This document shows positions 27,147 through 33,710 of a stretch of DNA of 33,710 nucleotides, in pieces. The position numbers and the translations under genes are program-made. Position 1 is the first letter of the stretch, and each line of letters begins with the position of its first letter. The DNA is from Myxococcota bacterium (GTDB lineage: Bacteria > Myxococcota > Myxococcia > Myxococcales > Myxococcaceae): positions 1-33,710 of the forward strand of contig JBMORE010000023.1 in the NCBI GenBank assembly GCA_049322255.1, in the 5' to 3' direction. Under the pieces are notes generated by a model. The model worked only from the letters and a program-made list of their open reading frames with translations, was not told the origin of the DNA and did no database searches.

Positions 27147-29009
27147 TCACTTGCGCGGACCAGCGATTTTGAGCGCCTCCTCGTAGGCGTGGGCCGCTTC
27201 CTCTGTGCCCCCCTGACGTTCTGCTGCTTCAGCAAGGTTTATGAGGGCCGCGGCGAGCTCTTGGCGTCGCTGCTGGTATCGCGGATTGAACCTTTCGTAT
27301 TGCTCGAGCGCGTATCCGGCCTGAGCACATGCGGAAATCGCCAGGGAAAGGTCGCCGGCATCTGCCCGTTCGAGGCATCGAGCTGTGTGTGCCGCGGCAA
27401 AACGGGGTGAATGAGAAACGGCTCGGCTGACCTCTTCAGCCAAACGCGCACGCGCTGCTCCCCTCGTTGACCACCACATGCGAGGCACCGAGGCCTCGGG
27501 AGTGAAGAGGGTGAATTCGTTTCGGGCAATGATGTCCGCGAAGCGGGGGATGTCGCGCCGCACGTACAGCGCGCTCGCCTCGTCCCAGTAGACAAGTGCC
27601 CAGCGAGGGGCCTTGAACCTCCCGCGGCCCGAGAGTCGTACGGGCGCGTGATTCTGGAGTACCCACTCGACGTCGAATTTGCGCATCAGCTCGTCGAACG
27701 CTTCTTGGCTATGCTCGGCTCGACTCAGCTCGTCGAACACCCAGGAGGGGTACGCAAGAAGTCGTGGGTCATGAAACACGGGTGACTCAGGAAGCGCCCA
27801 CTCGACGAAGCCGGATACCTCCCAACTCGTGAAGCATCGCCCCGAAATTCCCGCCGCTCGAGCGAAACGCGCGGCGGCGACCGGAACCCGAAAGGGGTCG
27901 ACGCCAAGTTGCACCCGCCGCAGGTAATGCTGAAGCGGACGTTCACCCACCCACAACGCTGCGATGAGTGATGCCCCTGGGAGTAAGGCGGCAAGGGCGG
28001 GCTTGAGGTGGAGGGGGATACGCTCCAGCAGCTTCCGTAGAAAGCCCGGACATTCCACCGTGGAGAGAGCAGCTGCCACCCAGGGGATGGTGACGATCAG
28101 GAACTTCGGCCCAACGCGGACCGCGCGGATCGCCAAAAGCCCGAATCCGAGCAGAAGAGCTACTGCGAAGCTGTCTGCGCGTCGCCCTTCCTTCCCCAGC
28201 GCGACACCGCCGAGCGCGAGAAGAATCCAAAAGAGGAGGTAGCGGGAAGGGCCGGGAACCGTGAACTCGGCAAGCTCTCCGATGAAACCCACTTCGGCCA
28301 GATGATGCCACCCGGTGTACCGGAGAATCTCCCAACCAAGCGGAGTCGCCAGGAGCGCAATGGAGGACGCCGCTGTGCACCACACGCAAGCCGCGAGTGG
28401 GGGCGAACGGGTACCCGATGAGCGTAGGCGTTCGAAAACACGCGCGACGAGTAGGCAGGCGACTGCACCCACGCCGAAGACCGCTCCCGCATGGAAGTTG
28501 ACCCACAGAGCGATCAGTGGCGGTACGCCCCACAGCACACGGGTTCGCCCACGCCGAGCGAGGACGAGCAACATCGCCAAAACCGCAAGGAACAAGTAGC
28601 TCACCGCATGCGGGCGAAGCGTGTACCGCGCCTGAAAGGCCGCTGCGGCTGCGAGGGTCAGAGAACACGTCAGCAGGGGGGAAGCCCCCAGGATTCGCCC
28701 CGTCGCGTAAACCACCGCGAACGCCAAAGCGATCGTCAGGGCGATGGCAACGTGGAGTCCTTCGAGGCCGGCGGCACGCTCGAGCAGGTGCGCACAGAGT
28801 CCAAACAGCCATGAGGTGGGATCGAACGAGTGCTCCGGCGTGGTGAACGACCAAAGGTTGGTGCGGGGCAAACTCCCGGTGGACGCGATGTGTCGTCCGA
28901 TGGCGAGGTGCCAGAACGCATCCGGGTCAGCCACCGGAGCGAGGGACAGAACGAAGGTTGCTGAAAAGACGCTAGCTGCGGCAGCCGCGTCTTTGAGGAT
29001 GCTGCGCAC
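27147..29009 (-). CDS. Polytopic membrane protein, GT-C glycosyltransferase-like, with C-terminal TPR-like segment
   Basis: DPDAFWHLAIGR right after TM1, many hydrophobic segments, LRPH, LWVNFHAG, LATPLG, GFVEW and FHDPR; GT-C assignment is inference. Confidence 0.7.
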   Translation of the reverse strand: MRSILKDAAAAASVFSATFVLSLAPVADPDAFWHLAIGRHIASTGSLPRTNLWSFTTPEHSFDPTSWLFGLCAHLLERAAGLEGLHVAIALTIALAFAVVYATGRILGASPLLTCSLTLAAAAAFQARYTLRPHAVSYLFLAVLAMLLVLARRGRTRVLWGVPPLIALWVNFHAGAVFGVGAVACLLVARVFERLRSSGTRSPPLAACVWCTAASSIALLATPLGWEILRYTGWHHLAEVGFIGELAEFTVPGPSRYLLFWILLALGGVALGKEGRRADSFAVALLLGFGLLAIRAVRVGPKFLIVTIPWVAAALSTVECPGFLRKLLERIPLHLKPALAALLPGASLIAALWVGERPLQHYLRRVQLGVDPFRVPVAAARFARAAGISGRCFTSWEVSGFVEWALPESPVFHDPRLLAYPSWVFDELSRAEHSQEAFDELMRKFDVEWVLQNHAPVRLSGRGRFKAPRWALVYWDEASALYVRRDIPRFADIIARNEFTLFTPEASVPRMWWSTRGAARARLAEEVSRAVSHSPRFAAAHTARCLERADAGDLSLAISACAQAGYALEQYERFNPRYQQRRQELAAALINLAEAAERQGGTEEAAHAYEEALKIAGPRK

Positions 29010-29119
29010 CGAGCAGAAGGTAGGCTGCCTCCAAGGAGGCGCAAAGCGAAACTCTCAGTGAATTGACAAACCGGATCCTTCGGGGAATCTTCCGGCACTT
29101 AAGACGAGCCGGAGATGTG

Positions 29120-30109
29120 ATGCAGGAGCAAGCAAGCACTTCAAAAACCTCCTTGGTGAAGGCCGCCATCAGCGTTGCTGGTCTCAAGAAGTCCTTTCAA
29201 GTCGGCGTGTTCCCGCGGCGCATGGTGGAGGCCCTCCGGGGTATCGACTTGGAAGTTCGTTCAGGAGAGGTATTCGGTTTCCTAGGTCCCAATGGTGCAG
29301 GAAAGACGACCACCATCAAGATCCTGACCGATTTGATTCGGCCCACGTCGGGGAGCGCAGCCATTTTTGGCCTGCAGCCTGGAGACCCCGAGGCTCGCCG
29401 CCGCATTGGTTTTGTTCCCGAGAACCCCTCTTTCTACGATCACCTCACGGGCGCGGAGCACCTAAGCTATTTCGGTAGCCTCAACGGAGTGCCCTCCAAG
29501 CTTCGCAGGGAGCGAGTGGCTACCCTTCTGGAGCGGGTGGGGCTTTCCCAGGCGGGTGGCCTGCAGGTACGGCGGTACTCGAAGGGAATGGCGCAGCGGC
29601 TTGCCATCGCACAGGCGCTCATGGGCGATCCTGCCTTGCTCATTCTCGATGAGCCGACCTCGGGCTTAGATCCGGTGGGCCGGCGTGAGGTCCATGACAT
29701 CGTCTTGGATTTGCGACGGCAAGGCTGCACCGTGTTTTTTTCGACGCACATCATTCCCGATGTGGAGCAGCTATGCGATCGAGTGACGATTCTAGTCGGT
29801 GGCCGAATCGTCAAGACTGGCACCGTCGACGAATTGCTCGCCAGCGACGCCTCAGCCATCGAGCTCGTTGCCCGGGGTGTGCCGGAGGGTCTGCTGAAGG
29901 CTCCGCCCACCCCGCTGACGACGCCGAGCCTCAGAGGCGAGCGCGCCACCTTCGTGGTGAACCGCGAAGAGGACATTGACCAGGCTGTTGTCCTTCTCAG
30001 GAATGCGGGTGCCAAGCTCCTTTCCATAAACCCGCGGCGCTACAGCCTCGAGGACTTCTTCCTGAAAGAGGCGAAGTCAACACCTGCCATTGAGGGAACG
30101 AGGACGTGA
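29120..30109 (+). CDS. pilH: ABC transporter ATP-binding protein of the pil locus
   Basis: GPNGAGKTT, YSKGMAQR, LILDEPTSGLDP and FSTH; adjacent to a permease and pilA. Confidence 0.85.
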   Translation: MQEQASTSKTSLVKAAISVAGLKKSFQVGVFPRRMVEALRGIDLEVRSGEVFGFLGPNGAGKTTTIKILTDLIRPTSGSAAIFGLQPGDPEARRRIGFVPENPSFYDHLTGAEHLSYFGSLNGVPSKLRRERVATLLERVGLSQAGGLQVRRYSKGMAQRLAIAQALMGDPALLILDEPTSGLDPVGRREVHDIVLDLRRQGCTVFFSTHIIPDVEQLCDRVTILVGGRIVKTGTVDELLASDASAIELVARGVPEGLLKAPPTPLTTPSLRGERATFVVNREEDIDQAVVLLRNAGAKLLSINPRRYSLEDFFLKEAKSTPAIEGTRT

Positions 30110-30110
30110 A

Positions 30111-30878
30111 ATGACCCCCGTCTGGGCAATCGCTAGCAACTCCATTCGCGAGGCGATGCGAAACCGCGTCTTCTTGAGCTTGACGGGCTTTGCTCTGGCC
30201 ATGGTCGGCTGCTCTTTCCTGCTCACCGAGGTCCAACATTCCATCTACGACCGAATCCTGGTGGACGCCGGGTTGGGGGCGATGTCGATCTTCGGTGCGT
30301 TGCTCGCAATGCTGCTCGGCATTTCACAGGTCAATCGCGAGATCGAACGGCGAACGGTCTACAACGTGGTATCCAAACCCATCCGCCGGGCGCACTTCGT
30401 CGTCGGCAAGTACCTTGGCCTTTGCCTGGTTCTGACCGCGAACCTGCTGGCGATGCTGGTTGTTTTCCTATTGGTAGCGAAGCTGTGGAGGGTCGACCTG
30501 CGGCTGGTCTACCTGACGGCGTTCGTCGGAATCTTGGTCGAGACGTATTTCTTGGTCGCGGTGGCGACCTTTTTTTCGACCTTCTGCTCCACGGTGACGG
30601 CAACCTTCTTCACCTTGTCCACCTATGTGATCGGACATCTGAGTGGAGACCTGAAGTTCTTCGGAAGCCGCACGAAGAGCGAGTTGGTGCAGACGGCATC
30701 GGCATTTCTCTATCGCGTCCTGCCGAATCTCGAGGCGCTCAACTTCAAGACCCAGGCATCCTATGCCGAACCCGTCAGCGCCCAAGAGCTTGGGCTGGCA
30801 GTTGGGTATGCGGCGATCTACGTGGTAGCGCTGATGACGGCCGCCTCAACGGTCTTCGCTCGGCGTGACTTCCGCTAA
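30111..30878 (+). CDS. pilI: ABC transporter permease of the pil locus
   Basis: REAMRNR, REIERRTVYNVVSKPIRR..FVVGKYLG, LPNL and FARRDF. Confidence 0.85.
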   Translation: MTPVWAIASNSIREAMRNRVFLSLTGFALAMVGCSFLLTEVQHSIYDRILVDAGLGAMSIFGALLAMLLGISQVNREIERRTVYNVVSKPIRRAHFVVGKYLGLCLVLTANLLAMLVVFLLVAKLWRVDLRLVYLTAFVGILVETYFLVAVATFFSTFCSTVTATFFTLSTYVIGHLSGDLKFFGSRTKSELVQTASAFLYRVLPNLEALNFKTQASYAEPVSAQELGLAVGYAAIYVVALMTAASTVFARRDFR

Positions 30879-31003
30879 CGCAATGCGACAGAGGGTGACG
30901 TTTCTGGGCACCCGGATGCCGTTTTTCGGCGAACGTGAGGCGCACGAGCCTCGAAGTTGCCGAGACTTGGAGGACGATGCCCCGCGATTTGGCTTCTTGA
31001 GCA

Positions 31004-31019
31004 TGGCCCAGGAGATGCT
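31004..31019 (+). promoter_or_regulatory. Sigma54 promoter of pilA
   Basis: TGGCCCAGGAGATGCT = GG(31005-6)-N10-GC(31017-18), about 80 nt before the ATG; consistent with PilR control. Confidence 0.65.
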
Positions 31020-31097
31020 AGGGTGCTCGCGGCACCCAGAAGGTGACCTCACCGGAGGTGGCGAAGGCCGCCTCCCTCACAACAAAGGGAAGAGCCC

Positions 31098-31769
31098 ATG
31101 ACAAGAAGCAGGCGAGCCTCAGGCTTTACGCTTATCGAGCTGATGATTGTCGTTGCAATCATCGGGATTCTCGCGGCCATTGCGATTCCGAACTTCATTC
31201 GGTTCCAGGCGAAGTCGAAGCAGAGCGAAGTAAAGTCGAACATGAAAGCTCTGTTCACTGCCCAGAGGTCGTATTTTCAAGAAAAAGACAAATACACGGA
31301 GTGCATCTGCGAGAACGGGTTTTCTCCCGAGCGGAACAATCGTTACTCGTACATCACGGGCGATGGCGCCGGAAGTACCACCACCGACAATGCAGGCGCC
31401 GCCGTTGCGTGCTCCGCATGGGAAGCCAGAAACGTCACCAACGTGCCTCCCTGTGCTTCGCAGCCAGCGAAATATGCCATCGAAGTTGACATCCAGAAAT
31501 ACACCACAATGGTTGCTCAACCTGCGTGTGGTGCTCCCGCTGCGCCCGTTTGGAACGCCGACCCCAACAGTCCGGTCGACGTAGCCGGCATTCCCGGACT
31601 GACGGAAACCGACTGCCCGAACTGCACCTTTGCCGGGCTGTCATGTGGAGATATTGACAACGATGCAACCCTCGATGTTTGGTGGGTTGCTGGTGAGGAT
31701 GCGCTTGTCGGTGTCAATGCGGTTCCGGCCGGCACGCCCTACAACACACAGGACGATGTGACCCAGTAG
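31098..31769 (+). CDS. pilA: Major type IVa pilin
   Basis: Class III signal MTRSRRASG|FTLIELMIVVAIIGILAAIAIPNF, then ERNNRYSY and GDIDND; flanked by a sigma54 promoter and a terminator. Confidence 0.95.
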   Translation: MTRSRRASGFTLIELMIVVAIIGILAAIAIPNFIRFQAKSKQSEVKSNMKALFTAQRSYFQEKDKYTECICENGFSPERNNRYSYITGDGAGSTTTDNAGAAVACSAWEARNVTNVPPCASQPAKYAIEVDIQKYTTMVAQPACGAPAAPVWNADPNSPVDVAGIPGLTETDCPNCTFAGLSCGDIDNDATLDVWWVAGEDALVGVNAVPAGTPYNTQDDVTQ

Positions 31770-31790
31770 TAGCTGTTCGAACCCAGTCGA

Positions 31791-31834
31791 TGGTCGCGGG
31801 AGCAAGTTGCACGCTCCCGCGACCGTTTTCGTTT
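31791..31834 (+). terminator. Intrinsic terminator after pilA
   Basis: GGTCGCGGGAGC / 9-nt loop / GCTCCCGCGACC (12-bp stem) followed by GTTTTCGTTT. Confidence 0.8.
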
Positions 31835-31845
31835 CCAGAGGAACG

Positions 31846-32754
31846 GTGAATTCGAAGGGCTCAGCCAAGAGGATGTTGGGCCAAGTGGGGCTTGTCCTAT
31901 TGCTGCTGGTTGTCGCAGCAGGGATCGGGGAGCAGCGCGACGCAATCATGGCGTCCCAGGAAGTACCCGACCCGATTCGGCGTCTGCCCAGAAGTGCAGT
32001 CCTCAAGAGAGCCACTCTCGGCCATCGCTCGATCGTCGCTGACTGGTACTGGGTTCGCTCCGCCATCTACTTCGGCGATCCGACCCTCAACAAGGAGCAC
32101 TATCGGTTTCTTTTCCCGCTGGTGGATCTGATTACTGACCTCGATCCACATTTTGAATATGCATACCTATTCGGCGGAGTCGCGTTGCCAACCAATCTGG
32201 GAAACGAGACCTGGCTGAACACAACCGAAAGCACCGCACTCCTCGAAAAGGGAGTGCGTGTGCTGCCCAATAGCTGGCATTTGAGACAAATCCTTGCGTA
32301 TAACCAAGTGCAGTTTCATGGGAATCTAGGGCGAGCTGCCAATCTCCTCGCGGAGGCGGTACGCATTCCGGGTCGCCCCGGCATTCTCCTGGCCTTGGCG
32401 ACGCGCCTGTACGCCGCCGCAGGAAGACCGGATTCGGGGCTTGCGCTCGCGAATGAGATCCTCGAGACCACGGAGGACCCGGGGCTTCGGGGGGTCATCG
32501 AGCGTCGGATGAAGGAGCTGGTGGTGGACCGCGATATTCGGCAGCTCGAGGCCGCGATAGAAGACTTCCGAGCGCGTCACGGTAGGCTTCCGGGGGCGCT
32601 GTCGGACCTCGTCTCCTCGGGATTTCTGCGCGAGCTGCCCGAGGAACCATTGGGCGGTACATACTTGCTCGATCCAAGCTCGGGGGAAGTGCGTAGCTCG
32701 GTCGTCCCTGACCGGCTTCGGCCACACTTGACTCGCGAGCGGCCTCCAAAGTGA
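31846..32754 (+). CDS. pilG: Myxobacterial PilG-like pilus accessory protein
   Basis: N-terminal TM, ADWYW, TDLDPHF..AY, NTTESTALLEKG, LATRLYA and EPLGG; directly after pilA; start uncertain (31846 or 31873). Confidence 0.75.
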   Translation: MNSKGSAKRMLGQVGLVLLLLVVAAGIGEQRDAIMASQEVPDPIRRLPRSAVLKRATLGHRSIVADWYWVRSAIYFGDPTLNKEHYRFLFPLVDLITDLDPHFEYAYLFGGVALPTNLGNETWLNTTESTALLEKGVRVLPNSWHLRQILAYNQVQFHGNLGRAANLLAEAVRIPGRPGILLALATRLYAAAGRPDSGLALANEILETTEDPGLRGVIERRMKELVVDRDIRQLEAAIEDFRARHGRLPGALSDLVSSGFLRELPEEPLGGTYLLDPSSGEVRSSVVPDRLRPHLTRERPPK

Positions 32755-32763
32755 TTTTGCAGT

Positions 32764-33507
32764 ATGGAGGCTCACCTCTATCAAGACATGGCGCGCCTCG
32801 AGGACCGTCACTGGTGGTTCCGCGGGCGCCGGGCAGTGCTCCAGAGCGTGCTGGACACGCACCTGCCCAACCTAGAGTGCAGGCGAATTCTCGACTTGGG
32901 ATGCGGCACGGGTGGGAACCTGCCCATGCTGGCGCGGTTTGGTGAAGTGGAGGGGGTTGAAGGCTCGATCGACGGGGTCGAGGCCTGCCGCGCAAGGCTG
33001 GGGGCAAAGACGCGCATTCACCACGGCACCCTCCCTGAGGGAATGCCGCTGGGGCAATACGACCTCATCACCGCGTTCGATGTTCTCGAGCACCTCGATG
33101 ATCCGTCAGCGACGGTGCGTCGAGTCCGCGAAGCACTTGCGCCGGGTGGTTTGCTCATCTGCACGGTGCCGGCCTGGCCGTTCTTGTGGAGCCGCCACGA
33201 TGAGCTCAACCATCACAAGCGCCGCTACACCGAACGGATGTTGAGCGAGCAGCTCTCGGCGGGAGGGTTCCGCTTGCGTTACCGCACCTATTTCAACGCG
33301 ACCCTGTTTCCACCCATCGCCGCGGTGAGGCTGCTGCAACGCGCGCTCGGGCGGACGGTGGTGGGAGGCGGGGGCTCGGATTTGGTGGAAACCTGGAAGC
33401 CACTGAACGCGGTCCTCGAGGCGCTGCTCTCCGCCGAACGATGGGTCGTCCCCCGGTGGAGGCTTCCTTGGGGATTGTCGCTCCTGGCCGTCGCCGAGCC
33501 GGCGTGA
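32764..33507 (+). CDS. Class I SAM-dependent methyltransferase
   Basis: EDRHWWFRGRR, ILDLGCGTG, FDVLEHL, TVPA..LWS.HDE and HKRRY. Confidence 0.9.
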   Translation: MEAHLYQDMARLEDRHWWFRGRRAVLQSVLDTHLPNLECRRILDLGCGTGGNLPMLARFGEVEGVEGSIDGVEACRARLGAKTRIHHGTLPEGMPLGQYDLITAFDVLEHLDDPSATVRRVREALAPGGLLICTVPAWPFLWSRHDELNHHKRRYTERMLSEQLSAGGFRLRYRTYFNATLFPPIAAVRLLQRALGRTVVGGGGSDLVETWKPLNAVLEALLSAERWVVPRWRLPWGLSLLAVAEPA

Positions 33508-33564
33508 CGGGCGCGCGATCTGCTTTTTCGAACTTCCGCGCGCCTCGTCTAGCATTCGACGCCC

Positions 33565-33710
33565 GTGGAGACGCTTGCCCCTCTATTCGTCGCCTGGTTG
33601 GTGGTGTTGGGCCTTGCCGTGGGCAGCTTCTTGAACGTGGTCATCGCCCGGCTGCCCCGCGACGAGAGCGTCGTGCGGCCGCGCTCGCGCTGCCCGAAGT
33701 GCGGGCACCA
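33565..33710 (+). CDS. pilD: Prepilin peptidase (5' partial gene, runs off window)
   Basis: [37 protein letters not shown] is the typical A24 N-terminus. Confidence 0.9.
   Translation, partial: METLAPLFVAWLVVLGLAVGSFLNVVIARLPRDESVVRPRSRCPKCGH

Noticed and set aside
31125..31295. Aromatic residues F1, F24, F27, Y50, F51 and Y57 suggesting a conductive e-pilin
   Set aside because: The pattern is common in deltaproteobacterial-type pilins; position 32 is Lys, the pilin is long, and no cytochrome genes are nearby

Overview
GC-rich window, most likely from a myxobacterium (MYXO-CTERM tails, Myxococcus-type pil locus). The left ~19.9 kb is a mixed housekeeping/accessory region: a likely sigma54-driven small-protein/tatD/orphan nucleotidyltransferase/tcdA unit, a TonB_C-fused TonB-dependent receptor with a lipoprotein, a DHH phosphoesterase, an SPL-like radical SAM protein, a TPR-zincin lipoprotein, a BKACE/PP2C-like/Cys-repeat/FGE-domain cluster, a DEAD-box helicase, a vapBC-type TA pair, a UvrD/Rep helicase, a 137-bp nested hairpin element and a peptidase M55 fused to a large helical domain. 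The right ~13.8 kb is a type IVa pilus locus (pilB-pilT-pilC-pilS-pilR ... pilD). Its centre (27147-33507) is a rearranged cassette that looks compositionally distinct by eye: a reverse-strand GT-C-like membrane protein, pilH, pilI, a sigma54 promoter, an 8-Cys large pilA, pilG and a SAM methyltransferase. This cassette is the best candidate for an undescribed system, namely an exchangeable pilin plus pilin-modification module. All product calls come from motif recognition; no searches were run.
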